Source: an uncultured Enterobacteriaceae bacterium (GTDB taxonomy: Bacteria; Pseudomonadota; Gammaproteobacteria; Burkholderiales; SG8-39). From it: DNA of 64,000 nucleotides. This document shows positions 36,549-46,391 of the stretch, piece after piece. Positions within the stretch are counted from its first letter, which is position 1; each line of letters starts with the position of its first letter. A model generated the notes under the pieces. That model made no database searches. It saw nothing but the letters and a program-made list of their open reading frames with translations, and was not told where the DNA came from. Location of the stretch: positions 39,883 through 103,882 of the forward strand of contig CAZNVH010000015.1 in the NCBI GenBank assembly GCA_964576525.1, in the 5' to 3' direction. The translations under genes and the position numbers were made by a program.

Positions 36549-38732
36549 ATGGAATCCAAGGAGCTCAGGCAAGGCCCGGAGCGGGTCATTTCTCCGGCCG
36601 GGGCGGAGCTTGCAATGGCGCTTTCGGTTCCCGTTCCCGGGCAGCCGATGACCCGCAGACTCCCGCTTCCCGCGCAGTTCCTCAACCGCGAGCTCGGCAT
36701 CCTGGCGTTCAACCGCCGCGTGCTGGCGCAGGCGGCCGACGAAACCATCCCGCTGCTCGAGCGGCTGCGCTTCATCACCATCGTGTCGTCGAACCTCGAC
36801 GAGTTCTTCGAGATCCGCGTCGCCGGCCTGAAGGAGACGATCAAGCTCGGGCTGACCGAGCCCGGGCCCGACGGCCGTGCGCCGACCGAGGTGTTCGAGG
36901 CGGTGAGCCGCGAGGCGCACGCCATGGTCGCCGACCAGTACCAGCTGCTCAACCAGTCGGTGCTGCCGGCGCTCGCCGAGCAGGGCATCTTGTTCCCCAA
37001 GCGGGAGGAATGGACCGGCGCGCAGCGGCAGTGGATCCGCGACTACTTCTTCCGCGAGCTGCTCCCGGTTCTCACGCCCATCGGCCTCGACCCGGCGCAC
37101 CCGTTCCCGCGCGTGTTCAACAAGAGCCTCAACTTCGCCGTCGAGCTCGAGGGCCGCGACGCCTTCGGGCGCAACTCGGGCGCGGCGATCGTGCAGGCGC
37201 CGCGCGCGCTGCCGCGCGCCATCCGCCTGCCGCAGGCGATCGCCGGCGACGCCGAGTACGCCTTCGTGTTCCTGTCGTCGGTGCTGCACGCGCACATGGA
37301 CGAGCTGTTCTCCGGCATGCGGGTGCAGGGCTGCTACCAGTTCCGCGTCACGCGCAACTCGGACCTGTTCGTCGAGGAAGAGGAGATCAAGAACCTGCAC
37401 ACCGCGCTGCAGGGCGAGCTGTTCCACCGCCACTTCGGCGACGCGGTGCGCCTGGAGGTGGCCGACAACTGCTCGCAGCGCATGGTCGAGTTCCTGCTGC
37501 AGCAGTTCGGCCTGCGCGAGGTCGATCTCTACCGCGTCGACGGACCGGTCAACCTGTACCGCATGCGCGAGGTCCCCGACCAGGTGGAGCGGCCGGACCT
37601 GAAATACCCGCCGTTCCAGCCCGGGCTGCCGCCGGCGCTCGACACCGGCGAGCTGTTCGAGGTGCTGAAGAAGCAGGACCTGCTGCTGCACCACCCCTTC
37701 CAGTCCTTCCTGCCGGTGCTCGACTTCATCCGCACCACGGCGAACGACCCCAACGTGATCGCGATCAAGCAGACCGTGTACCGCACCGGCACCGATTCGG
37801 AGCTGATGGAAATCCTGGTCGACGCCGCGCGCAAGGGCAAGGAAGTGACCGTGGTGGTCGAGCTGATGGCGCGCTTCGACGAGCAGGCCAACCTCAACTG
37901 GGCGGCGCGCCTCGAGGAAGTCGGCGCGCACGTAGTCTACGGCGTGGTCGGGCACAAGACCCACGCCAAGATGGCGCTGGTGGTGCGGCGCGAGGACGGG
38001 CCCGAAGGCAAGGTGCTGCGCCGCTACGCGCATCTCGCCACCGGCAACTACCACCCCAGCACCGCGCGCCACTACACCGACTTCGGCCTGATGACCGCGA
38101 ACGAGGAGATTTGCGCCGACGTGAGCGAGGTGTTCAAGCAACTCACCGGGCTAGGCCGCGCGGCGAGGATGAAGCACCTGTGGCTGTCGCCGTTCACGCT
38201 GCACAAGCGCATCGTCGCCGCGATCCGCAACGAGGCCGCGCTCGCCACGGAAGGCAAGTCCGCCCGCATCATCGCCAAGATGAATGCGCTGCTCGAGCCG
38301 CGCATCATCGAGGAGCTCTACGCCGCGTCCATGGCCGGCGTGAAGATCGACCTCATCGTGCGCGGCGTGTGCGCGCTCAAGCCGGGCATCGAGGGGCTGT
38401 CGGAGAATATCCGCGTGCGCTCGGTGGTCGGCCGCTTCCTCGAACACTCGCGCGTCTTCTACTTCGGCAACGGCGGCGCCGAGGACGTGTACCTCTCGAG
38501 CGCCGACTGGATGGACCGCAATTTCTTCCGCCGCATCGAACTCGGCTTCCCGGTGCTCGACGCCGCGCTCAAGCGCCGCGTGATCCGCGAGGGGCTGCAG
38601 CCCTACCTCGACGACAACTGCCAGGCCTGGGTGATGGGCGTCGAGGGCGGGTACGAGCGCCTCAAGCCGCGGCGCGGGCGGCGGCGCTCGGCGCAGGAAG
38701 AGCTGCTCTTCACGCTCGGCATCCCGGCCTGA
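36549..38732 (+). CDS. ppk: Polyphosphate kinase 1
   Basis: 727 aa from MESKELRQ (AGGAG 9 nt upstream), with FLNRELGILAFNRRVLAQA, SNLDEFFEIRV and HxK PLD-like repeats (VGHKTHAKMALV). The listed start at 36411 overlaps ppx. Confidence 0.88.
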   Translation: MESKELRQGPERVISPAGAELAMALSVPVPGQPMTRRLPLPAQFLNRELGILAFNRRVLAQAADETIPLLERLRFITIVSSNLDEFFEIRVAGLKETIKLGLTEPGPDGRAPTEVFEAVSREAHAMVADQYQLLNQSVLPALAEQGILFPKREEWTGAQRQWIRDYFFRELLPVLTPIGLDPAHPFPRVFNKSLNFAVELEGRDAFGRNSGAAIVQAPRALPRAIRLPQAIAGDAEYAFVFLSSVLHAHMDELFSGMRVQGCYQFRVTRNSDLFVEEEEIKNLHTALQGELFHRHFGDAVRLEVADNCSQRMVEFLLQQFGLREVDLYRVDGPVNLYRMREVPDQVERPDLKYPPFQPGLPPALDTGELFEVLKKQDLLLHHPFQSFLPVLDFIRTTANDPNVIAIKQTVYRTGTDSELMEILVDAARKGKEVTVVVELMARFDEQANLNWAARLEEVGAHVVYGVVGHKTHAKMALVVRREDGPEGKVLRRYAHLATGNYHPSTARHYTDFGLMTANEEICADVSEVFKQLTGLGRAARMKHLWLSPFTLHKRIVAAIRNEAALATEGKSARIIAKMNALLEPRIIEELYAASMAGVKIDLIVRGVCALKPGIEGLSENIRVRSVVGRFLEHSRVFYFGNGGAEDVYLSSADWMDRNFFRRIELGFPVLDAALKRRVIREGLQPYLDDNCQAWVMGVEGGYERLKPRRGRRRSAQEELLFTLGIPA

Positions 38733-39112
38733 TGTCGAGCCCGTACAAGGCGACCGGGCTGCGCCGGGTCGCGAACGCCGTGCGCTATTCGTTCGCCGGC
38801 CTCGCCGCCGCCTGGCGGCACGAGGCCGCGTTCCGCCAGCTCGCGATCCTCTGCTTGGTGCTGGTGCCCCTGGGGCTATGGGCCGGCGACACCCCCGTCG
38901 AGCGGGCGTTGCTGGCCGGCAGCGTGCTGCTCGCGCTGCTGGTCGAGCTGGTCAACGCGGCGATCGAAGCGGCCGTGGACCGCGTCTCCTATGAGCCGAA
39001 CCCGCTGGCGAAGCGCGCCAAGGACCTCGGCAGCGCCGCGGTGATGCTGGCGCTGGCGAACGCGGCCCTGATCTGGCTGCTGATCCTCGTGCCGCGCTGC
39101 CTTACTGCCTGA
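38732..39112 (+). CDS. dgkA: Diacylglycerol kinase
   Basis: 126 aa from MSSPYKATGLRRVANAVRYSFAGLAAAWRHEAAFRQ...ELVNAAIEAAVDR. It is the only genuine part of the listed 1211-aa ORF 35477..39112. TGATG junction with ppk. Confidence 0.85.
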   Translation: MSSPYKATGLRRVANAVRYSFAGLAAAWRHEAAFRQLAILCLVLVPLGLWAGDTPVERALLAGSVLLALLVELVNAAIEAAVDRVSYEPNPLAKRAKDLGSAAVMLALANAALIWLLILVPRCLTA

Positions 39113-39701
39113 AGCCGTAGAAGCTCATCCACAGGCTGACTTCATCGCCGACCGCGACCGGCAGGCCGAACTTCATGCCGAAGTCCGAGCGCTTGAAGCT
39201 GCCGGTGGCGTTGCCGCCGCACTGATAGCGCGCACCCTTGGTGCGCATATCGGGCCCGCACTTCCAGCGCACGATGTTAAGAGTCACCGGCTTGGTGACG
39301 CCAAGCAGCGTAAGGTTGCCTTCGACGCTCACCACGTCGTCGCCCTTGAAACGCACGGCGGTGGACTTGAACGTCATCGTCGGAAACTCGGCGGAGTTGA
39401 AGAAGTCCGGGTTTTTCAGATGCTCGTCGCGCGTGCGCGGCCGCTCGCCGCGCTCGGTGTCGCCGGTGCTGACCGAGGCGGTCTGGATCACGACCTCGAG
39501 CGTGCCGGTCTTGGCGCCGCGGTCGACGCTGAAATTGCCCGTCGCGCGGTCGAAGCGCCCGCGCATGGTCGCAAAGCCGAGGTGATCGGTCTCGAAGTAC
39601 GGCACGGTGTGGTACTGGTCGATGACGTACTTCTCGACCTGCGCCGCCGCGGCGAACGGCAATGCGAGGGCGCACACGCCCACCAGGTATCTGCTTTTCA
39701 T
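39102..39701 (-). CDS. YceI-family periplasmic polyisoprenoid-binding protein
   Basis: 199 aa from MKSRYLVGVCALALPFAAAAQ, with HTVPYFETDHLGFATMRGRF and FFNSAEFPTMTFKST..VEGNLTLLGVTKPVTL. Confidence 0.8.
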   Translation of the reverse strand: MKSRYLVGVCALALPFAAAAQVEKYVIDQYHTVPYFETDHLGFATMRGRFDRATGNFSVDRGAKTGTLEVVIQTASVSTGDTERGERPRTRDEHLKNPDFFNSAEFPTMTFKSTAVRFKGDDVVSVEGNLTLLGVTKPVTLNIVRWKCGPDMRTKGARYQCGGNATGSFKRSDFGMKFGLPVAVGDEVSLWMSFYGFRQ

Positions 39702-39733
39702 CGGATTCACTCCTCCTTGTGCGGCTATTCTAT

Positions 39734-40525
39734 CTAAGGCGCACCGCGCGTCGTCAGATAGGCGCTGGCAACCGCCGCGGCGCCGCAGGCGAGGGTGTAG
39801 AACGACGCGAGGACGGACTGGCCCCACACCGGCCAGCGCGGGGGAAGTGGGAAGCGTGCCGCGAGCGGCACCAGAGCGAGGACCGCGAGCTCGATCCAGC
39901 GCAGGCCGGCGAGCATCAGCGAGGCGGCGGCGATCAGCGCGCCGATTGCGCCCGCAGTCAGGGTGAAGGTGAGCCCGGCCTCGATGCGCCGCCCGGCGAT
40001 CATCTGCACCAGCAGAAATGCCCCGCAGGCCGCGCCCAATCCCATACCGTACTGCGCGAGCGAGGCCGAGGCCGCCATCAGCGCGGCGAATCCCGCGCCC
40101 AGCCCGAGGCCGAGGCCGGCGGCGCCGGCGCGCACCGAGTCTGTGCGCAGCGAGGCCATCGTGCCCACCGTCCACGCGACGTACAGCGCGACGCCGCAGC
40201 CGGCGAGCAGCGCCGCCGCGAGCTCGCGCTGCGCGAGCACGGTCGAGAACATCCAGGCCGAGCCGATGCCGAACAGCACACCGAGGACGATGTCGGTGGC
40301 GCGCGTCGCCTTGAAGGCGAAATCGGCGAGCAGGCCGATCGCCGGCGCCGCGACCGCGAGCACCATCAGCTTGCGCGTCGCGGTCAAGGGCGTGAAGTGC
40401 AGACCGCCGGCGAGCCAGGCGGTGGTGCAGAACCCGGCGATCGCCGCGAGGCCGCCGAGCCTGAACTTGAACAGCAGTACGGCGACCGCGAGGCCCGCCA
40501 GGAACGGCGCCAGGCTCGCCTGCAC
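39734..40525 (-). CDS. Integral membrane protein of unknown function (Gly/Ala/Leu-rich, about 8 predicted helices)
   Basis: 263-aa hydrophobic ORF immediately downstream of relA on the same strand. No recognisable motif. Confidence 0.5.
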   Translation of the reverse strand: MQASLAPFLAGLAVAVLLFKFRLGGLAAIAGFCTTAWLAGGLHFTPLTATRKLMVLAVAAPAIGLLADFAFKATRATDIVLGVLFGIGSAWMFSTVLAQRELAAALLAGCGVALYVAWTVGTMASLRTDSVRAGAAGLGLGLGAGFAALMAASASLAQYGMGLGAACGAFLLVQMIAGRRIEAGLTFTLTAGAIGALIAAASLMLAGLRWIELAVLALVPLAARFPLPPRWPVWGQSVLASFYTLACGAAAVASAYLTTRGAP

Positions 40526-40567
40526 GATCGGGTCGCTCAGCCAGGCGTCCAGGTCAGCCCCCGCAGC

Positions 40568-42739
40568 TCATCCTCTGGCGACGCGGATCACGCCCTTCAG
40601 CCCGCGCACCAGCACGAAAGCGCGCCTGAGCTGCGCCAGGTTCGTCACCTCGAAGGTGAAACGCATGAACGCGAGCTCGTCGCGGGTCTGGGTCCGCACC
40701 GCGGTGACGTTGATCTTCTCGCGCGCCAGCGCGTCGCCGATGTCGCGCAGCAGGCCGCGGCGATCGGTTGCCGTCACGGTCATGTCGACCGTGTAGCTCG
40801 CCTCCTGGGGACCATCGCTGCGGCCCCAGGCGGTTTCCACGACGCGCTCGGGCTGGCGTTCCGCCAGCCGACGCAGGCTCGGGCATTCCTCGCGGTGCAC
40901 CGACACGCCCCGGCCCCGCGTGACGAAGCCGCGGATCGCATCCGGCGGCACCGGCTTGCAGCATTTCGCGAGCTGCGTAGCGAGCCCGCCCATGCCCACC
41001 ACCAGCATCGAGGCGTTTGCGGCCGGGGTTTTCTTTTTCCTGATTTCCGGGATGACCGGCGCGGGCTCCGTCCCCTTGAGCGCAACCTGCAATTGCCTGA
41101 GGTTCACCTCGTCGCGCGCCACCGCCGCGAACATCTCGTCGGGCTTCGCAAAGCCCAGCTTGGTCGCTAGTCCTTCCAAGCTGACCTGCGTCGCGCCTTC
41201 GCGGCGCAGCTCCTTCTCCACCGCTGCGCGGCCGGCCGCAACGGTCTCGGCGAGCGCCTTGGCGTTGAACCACTGGCGGATCTTGTGGCGCGCGCGCGCG
41301 CTATGGACGAAGCCGCGCTCGGCGTTCAGCCAGTCGCGCGACGGCCCGCCGCTCTTGGCGGCGACGATCTCGACGCACTGGCCGCTGGCGAGGCGCGCAT
41401 CGAGCTTCACCAGGCGGCCGTCGACGCGCGCGCCGCGGCAGCGGTGGCCGAGGTCGGTGTGCAGCGCGTAGGCGAAGTCGATCGGCGTCGACCCGGCGGG
41501 CAGGTCCACCACCTTGCCTTGCGGCGTCAGGACGTAGACGACGTCGTCGAGCGGCGCCGCGCCTTTCGCCCGGCCGACCGGCAGCTCGTCGCGCCAGGCG
41601 AGCAGCTCCCGCAGCCAGGCGAGCTTCTGCTCGAAGGTCCTCGAGGTTTTCGCCTTCTCCTTGTACTGCCAGTGCGCGGCGACCCCGTATTCCGCCTGCC
41701 GGTGCATCTCCTCGGTGCGGATCTGCACTTCGAGGGTCTTGCCGGCGGGGCCGAGCACCGCGGTGTGCAGCGACTGGTACAGGTTGCCCTTGGGGCGCGA
41801 GATGTAGTCGTCGAACTCCTTCGGGATCGGCTGCCAGAGGTTGTGCACCACGCCGAGCGCGGCGTAGCAGTCCTTCACCTCGGGCACGATCACGCGCAGC
41901 GCGCGCACGTCGTACAGCCCGGTGAAGTCCACCTGCTTCGCGCGCATCTTGTTCCAGATGGAGTAGATGTGCTTCGGCCGGCCGTTGACGCTCGAGCGCA
42001 GGCCGATCGCCTCCAGCTCCCGGCCGAGAACCTTCACCGCCCCGGCGATGTACTGCTCGCGCTCGAGGCGCTTCTCGTCGAGCATCTGCGCGATGCGCTT
42101 GTAGAGCTCGGGCTCGAGGTAGCGGAACGACAGGTCCTCCAGCTCCCACTTCAGCTGCCCGACGCCGAGGCGGTTGGCGAGCGGCGCGTAGATGTCGAGG
42201 GTTTCCCGGGCGTACGCGGTGCTCTCCGGGGAAGGATTCTTCGAGAAAAACCTCAAGGTCTGCGTCCGGCTGGCCAGCCGGATGAGGACCACGCGCGGAT
42301 CCTCGACCATGCCGAGCACCATCTTGCGCAGCACCTCGTTCTGCGAGCGTGCGCTTTCGGCCGAGCTTCCGCGCGTCGCCAGGCGCAGCTGGTAGAGCTT
42401 CTCGACCCCGGCGGCGAGCTCGGCGATCTCGTCGCCGAACTCCGCGCGCAGGCGTTCAAGGTTGGCGAGGACCTTCGGCGCCGCGAACAGGATGCCGGCG
42501 GCCCGCCCGGGGGCGTCCAGCCCGATCGACGCCAGGCCCGCGGCCAGGCCGAGCGCGTGGCCCCAGGTCGGCTCGCCGGTCGAAAGAAGCTGCCCGGCAT
42601 ACAGCGGCTCGGCGAATTCGAGCGCGCGCGCGATCAGCGCGCGCTCGGGCGCCGCCAATCCGCCGGCGAGCGCATCGAGCGCCGCCGCGCCGGACTGCGG
42701 GTGCAGGTGCACGACCTGCGGCTGGGAGCCTGAGCGCAT
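40568..42739 (-). CDS. relA: GTP pyrophosphokinase RelA ((p)ppGpp synthetase I)
   Basis: 723 aa from MRSGSQPQVV, with a degenerate HD region, the synthetase motifs GRPKHIYSIWNKM and DVRALRVIV..YISRPKGNLYQSLHT, and TGS and ACT domains. Confidence 0.88.
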   Translation of the reverse strand: MRSGSQPQVVHLHPQSGAAALDALAGGLAAPERALIARALEFAEPLYAGQLLSTGEPTWGHALGLAAGLASIGLDAPGRAAGILFAAPKVLANLERLRAEFGDEIAELAAGVEKLYQLRLATRGSSAESARSQNEVLRKMVLGMVEDPRVVLIRLASRTQTLRFFSKNPSPESTAYARETLDIYAPLANRLGVGQLKWELEDLSFRYLEPELYKRIAQMLDEKRLEREQYIAGAVKVLGRELEAIGLRSSVNGRPKHIYSIWNKMRAKQVDFTGLYDVRALRVIVPEVKDCYAALGVVHNLWQPIPKEFDDYISRPKGNLYQSLHTAVLGPAGKTLEVQIRTEEMHRQAEYGVAAHWQYKEKAKTSRTFEQKLAWLRELLAWRDELPVGRAKGAAPLDDVVYVLTPQGKVVDLPAGSTPIDFAYALHTDLGHRCRGARVDGRLVKLDARLASGQCVEIVAAKSGGPSRDWLNAERGFVHSARARHKIRQWFNAKALAETVAAGRAAVEKELRREGATQVSLEGLATKLGFAKPDEMFAAVARDEVNLRQLQVALKGTEPAPVIPEIRKKKTPAANASMLVVGMGGLATQLAKCCKPVPPDAIRGFVTRGRGVSVHREECPSLRRLAERQPERVVETAWGRSDGPQEASYTVDMTVTATDRRGLLRDIGDALAREKINVTAVRTQTRDELAFMRFTFEVTNLAQLRRAFVLVRGLKGVIRVARG

Positions 42740-42755
42740 GCGGTATTTTACGGGG

Positions 42756-43496
42756 ATGGGCTGGCTCACCGACTGGCGCCGCAGGCGCGTGCTGAAGAAG
42801 CACCGCATCGACGAGGCGCTGTGGCAGGCGGCCACCGCGAATCTCGCCTTCCTGCCGAAAAGCGACAAGCTGCGCCGGCTCGCGCTGCTGTTCCTCGCCG
42901 AGAAGCAGTTCGTCGGCACGCACGGCCTGCAGGTCAGCGACGCGATGCGCGTGTCGATCGCGGCGCAGGCCTGCCTGCCGATCCTCGAGCTCGGCCTGGA
43001 CTGGTACGCCGGCTTCACCGGCATCGTGGTGTATCCGGGGGACTTTCGCGTGCGCCGGGCGCAGACCGACGCGGCCGGCGTGGTGCACGAGTGGGAGGAC
43101 GAGCTCGCCGGCGAGGCCATGCCCGGCGGCCCGGTGGTCATCTCCTGGGATGCATTGGCGAACGATTCACAGATGAACGTCGTGATCCACGAGTTCGCGC
43201 ACAAGCTCGACATGCTGGACGGCGTCGCCGACGGCCTGCCGCCGCTGCATCCCGGCATGGCGGTCGCCGCCTGGGCCGCCGCCTTCGACGAGGCCTACCA
43301 GGGCTTCAGCGACGCGCTCGAGCGCGGCAAGGACACCTGGCTCGACCCCTATGCCGCCGAGCACCCCTCCGAGTTCTTCGCGGTGATCAGTGAGACGTTT
43401 TTCACGGACCCTGCCGAGACCCGGCGCCGTTATCCCGGCGTCTACCAACAGCTGAAGCTGTTCTACCGGCAGGACCCCAATCCGCCCCGGAATTGA
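42756..43496 (+). CDS. mtfA: MtfA-like zinc-dependent peptidase (M90)
   Basis: 246 aa from MGWLTDWRRRRV. The HExxH motif is NVVIHEFAHKLD and the C-terminal motif is EFFAVISETFF. An upstream in-frame ATG at 42738 would overlap the relA start. Confidence 0.8.
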   Translation: MGWLTDWRRRRVLKKHRIDEALWQAATANLAFLPKSDKLRRLALLFLAEKQFVGTHGLQVSDAMRVSIAAQACLPILELGLDWYAGFTGIVVYPGDFRVRRAQTDAAGVVHEWEDELAGEAMPGGPVVISWDALANDSQMNVVIHEFAHKLDMLDGVADGLPPLHPGMAVAAWAAAFDEAYQGFSDALERGKDTWLDPYAAEHPSEFFAVISETFFTDPAETRRRYPGVYQQLKLFYRQDPNPPRN

Positions 43497-43532
43497 GGCA
43501 GAATTCCCGCAGGGAGTCCTCATGCGGGGGGA

Positions 43533-44201
43533 ATGAAGATGGGGTTGCTCGATGATCTCAAGCGCCAGGCCGACATGGCGCGCACGCACACCAGCCTGCA
43601 GAAAAGCAACCTGCAGGAAAACTCGCGCGTGGTCGACGAGGGGATGCACAAGACCTTCCTCTACCTGCTCGAGCTGTTCAAGCAGCTCGAGGTGCTGAAG
43701 CCGGCGAACCCGATCGTCTACCCGATCATCGGCGTCGGCGAGCTGCGGGACCTCAAGTACATCAGCGCCTTCGTCGACCCGCGCAAGAAAAAGTTCGCCG
43801 ACCGCGACGTCTACGACTTCATGGACTTCTACGTGAAGTGGGCCGCGCCCACCAGCATGGTGATCGAGCGCGACATGCCGCAAACCATCAAGAAGGTGCG
43901 CGACATGCTGTGGTCGGTGAACATCAAGGCCGCCGAGGTCGAGACCAAGTCGTCCTACGGCTCGGTCTCCAAGGTGCAGTTCACCATCCCGGCGGCGGTG
44001 ACGGTCAATTTCACCCTCAAGTCCGACATCGAGGGGCGGCGACTGCTGTTCTACGGCAAGAACGCCCTGGAGCTCGGCACCCAGGACTTCGTGGTGCCGG
44101 CCGACGAGCTGAACGAGGAAGTGCTCGAGGAGCTCGCCAAGCTGCTGATCTGCCAGCGCAGCAACTTCACCCGCTTCCGCACCGCGCTCAAGCGCACGTA
44201 G
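43533..44201 (+). CDS. Hypothetical protein
   Basis: 222-aa ORF with coding-like composition (Lys/Glu/Asp-rich, unlike shadow ORFs). No motif recognised. Confidence 0.55.
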   Translation: MKMGLLDDLKRQADMARTHTSLQKSNLQENSRVVDEGMHKTFLYLLELFKQLEVLKPANPIVYPIIGVGELRDLKYISAFVDPRKKKFADRDVYDFMDFYVKWAAPTSMVIERDMPQTIKKVRDMLWSVNIKAAEVETKSSYGSVSKVQFTIPAAVTVNFTLKSDIEGRRLLFYGKNALELGTQDFVVPADELNEEVLEELAKLLICQRSNFTRFRTALKRT

Positions 44202-44208
44202 CGACCCG

Positions 44209-44967
44209 TCAGAGCAGCTTGCGCAACGCTGCCAGCGCGCGTCGCGCCCGCTCGCGCGCATCGAACGGGCCGGCGTGGGGCACCTCGAGGCTGATCGGCA
44301 AGCCGGGCGGCAGCGCGCCGAGCAGGCCGCGCAGGTCGAGCCCGCCTTCTCCCGGGAACAGCCGATCGCCGCGCGCCTGCCGGATGAGTTCCTGGGGGTC
44401 GGAGGGACGTTCGGGCCGCGCATCGCAGAACTGGGCGTAACGGACCTCGCGCGGAATGTCCTCCAGCCGGTTGTCGGCGCGGAAGAAATGGATCGGATCG
44501 ACCAGCACTGCGCTATTTTTCCGCCCTGCGCGCTCGAGGACCTGCTTCGCCTGGTTGACGGTCGCGATGTCGACCCAAGGCATCGGCTCGAGGTTCGCAT
44601 TCAGCCGGTACTGCAGGGCCAGGTCGCAGAAGCGGGACAAGGTTTCCGCCAACCTTGCTTCGACCGGATCGGCGCCGTGCAGCAGCAACTCGGTCGCTTT
44701 CATCCGCGCGCTGAGCGCCATCGTCGGCTCGAATGCCCTCACATCGGTGTCGGGCTCCAGCCTGAAAACCTCCACGTCGAGCACGCTTACCCCGGTGTCG
44801 GCGAGGCGCTGCTCCAGCTCGCGTTGATCGAACGCCGGCAGCGTCTGCCCGGCCACCGGGATGAGGCGCAGGCCGACATGCGTATACCCAAGCTGCGCGG
44901 CGAGCGATACCTGCGCGGGCGGCGCGAGTTCCGGGACGGTGAGCCAGGCGAGCCCGATGCTGCTCAC
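44209..44967 (-). CDS. Sugar phosphate isomerase/epimerase (xylose isomerase-like TIM barrel)
   Basis: 252 aa from (GTG)SSIGLAWLTVPEL, with GTGA overlap with the upstream dehydrogenase stop. Family call is from overall pattern only. Confidence 0.55.
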   Translation of the reverse strand: MSSIGLAWLTVPELAPPAQVSLAAQLGYTHVGLRLIPVAGQTLPAFDQRELEQRLADTGVSVLDVEVFRLEPDTDVRAFEPTMALSARMKATELLLHGADPVEARLAETLSRFCDLALQYRLNANLEPMPWVDIATVNQAKQVLERAGRKNSAVLVDPIHFFRADNRLEDIPREVRYAQFCDARPERPSDPQELIRQARGDRLFPGEGGLDLRGLLGALPPGLPISLEVPHAGPFDARERARRALAALRKLL

Positions 44968-45809
44968 GAGACGAACGCCCGGAAACAGGCTTCCATTCTT
45001 GCGGCATCGGCGTCGCGCCCGGTGAACAGCTTGAATCCGCGGATCGCCTGGCCGACGTTCATGTGGCCGCCATCGGCCGTAGCGCAGCCGGCGCGCCGCG
45101 CTGCCTTGAGCAGCTCGGTCTCGAGCGGCACATAGACGATCTCGGACACCCACATCGAGGGACGGAGTAGCGCTTCGGGCAGCGGCATCCCCGGATGCCC
45201 CGCCATGCCGGTCGGCGTGCAGTGGATGAGCCCGGTGGCGGCCTGCACGGCCGTTTTCAGGTCCTTAGCTTGAACGACTTTCTTCCCCGCGAATTGCGCG
45301 CCGAGGCCGGCGGCAAGCGCAGCAGCCCGGGCCGGATCGACATCGAAGATCGACAGCTCCGAGACGCCCAGTTTCAGCGCTGCATATCCGACCGCAGCGC
45401 CGGCGCCGCCTGCGCCGAGCAGCACCACCCGCGAAAGATCCGCTTTCGGCAACGCGCGCCGGAAACCCCAGCCCCAGCCCGGGCCGTCGGTATTGTGGCC
45501 GGTCAGCTTTCCGTCCGTGATCACAACGGTATTCACAGCGCCGATCGCGCGCGCTTCCTCCGACAGGCCGTCGAGCAGCGGCATGACCGCCTGCTTGCAT
45601 GGAAAAGTGATGTTGAGCCCGCGATAGCCCTCGCGCACAGCGTCGCGCAGCAGCCCGGGGAGCGCGTCACTGCCCACGCCAAGCACGTCCAGGTCGATCA
45701 GCCGGTAACGCACCTGCAGCCCGTGGTGCCGCCCCTCCTCCTCGTGCAGCGCGGGAGAGAGCGAGCGCTGGATGCCGGCGCCGATCAGGCCGAGGAGCAG
45801 CTTGCTCAT
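44964..45809 (-). CDS. Shikimate/quinate 5-dehydrogenase (AroE/YdiB family)
   Basis: 281 aa with GLIGAGIQRSLSPALH, GLNITFPCKQ, GAVNTV and LLGAGGAGAAV (Rossmann). Confidence 0.8.
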   Translation of the reverse strand: MSKLLLGLIGAGIQRSLSPALHEEEGRHHGLQVRYRLIDLDVLGVGSDALPGLLRDAVREGYRGLNITFPCKQAVMPLLDGLSEEARAIGAVNTVVITDGKLTGHNTDGPGWGWGFRRALPKADLSRVVLLGAGGAGAAVGYAALKLGVSELSIFDVDPARAAALAAGLGAQFAGKKVVQAKDLKTAVQAATGLIHCTPTGMAGHPGMPLPEALLRPSMWVSEIVYVPLETELLKAARRAGCATADGGHMNVGQAIRGFKLFTGRDADAARMEACFRAFVS

Positions 45810-46390
45810 TCGATTTCTCCCGCGCTCAACGAGTAGGCCGGGCGATAGAAGCCGACAACGCCCTCGGGCAGATTCGTGGTTACCGCTTCCCTATCGTGGC
45901 CGCCGACAAGGAGGATCCTGTCCGCGGTCGCATCCCCGCCGCGGATCTTCTGCTCCGCCGTCGCAGCCGGCATGGGCTGCGATTCAAGGAGATGCACCCC
46001 GGTCAACCCTTTGCGTTTCGGTAGATCGGACAATGCTTTGGAAAGACGGATCGTGGCCAGCGTATGCGGCAGCCCGCCACCCCAACCCCCTCGAAGCACG
46101 CACAGACTGCGCACCATGTTGCGATGCTGCGGCATCATCTTTCGCGACCACGGCGTGGGGTTATTCAGGCGCTCGAGGTAGGCCCCGCCGGTGATCGCTG
46201 TCAATTGCGCTACTTCGTAAAGAACGAAATAGGACGGCTCGCCGGAGAGAGCGACCCAGCGCGTGCCGCGCAGGAATCCCGGTATCCCAAGGCGCTCGGG
46301 CATGTGCTCGTGCGAGTGCCAGTGCTCGAACTCCGATTTCATCGCCGGCGCGATGTCCCACCACATGGCGACCGCCGCGCTGCCGAGCAT
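45806..46390 (-). CDS. Hypothetical protein (conserved-looking, His/Trp-rich N-terminus)
   Basis: 194 aa from MLGSAAVAMWWDIAPAMKSEFEHWHSHEHMPERL. It sits between the TRAP permease and the dehydrogenase. Confidence 0.45.
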   Translation of the reverse strand: MLGSAAVAMWWDIAPAMKSEFEHWHSHEHMPERLGIPGFLRGTRWVALSGEPSYFVLYEVAQLTAITGGAYLERLNNPTPWSRKMMPQHRNMVRSLCVLRGGWGGGLPHTLATIRLSKALSDLPKRKGLTGVHLLESQPMPAATAEQKIRGGDATADRILLVGGHDREAVTTNLPEGVVGFYRPAYSLSAGEIE

Positions 46391-46391
46391 G

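Noticed and set aside
35477-39112. 1211-aa + strand ORF, the longest in the track
   Set aside because: Its composition is Arg/Ala/Gly/Pro-dominated with no motifs. It runs antisense to ppx and out of frame through ppk. Only its last 126 codons (dgkA, 38732..39112) are a real gene. This is a typical high-GC shadow ORF.
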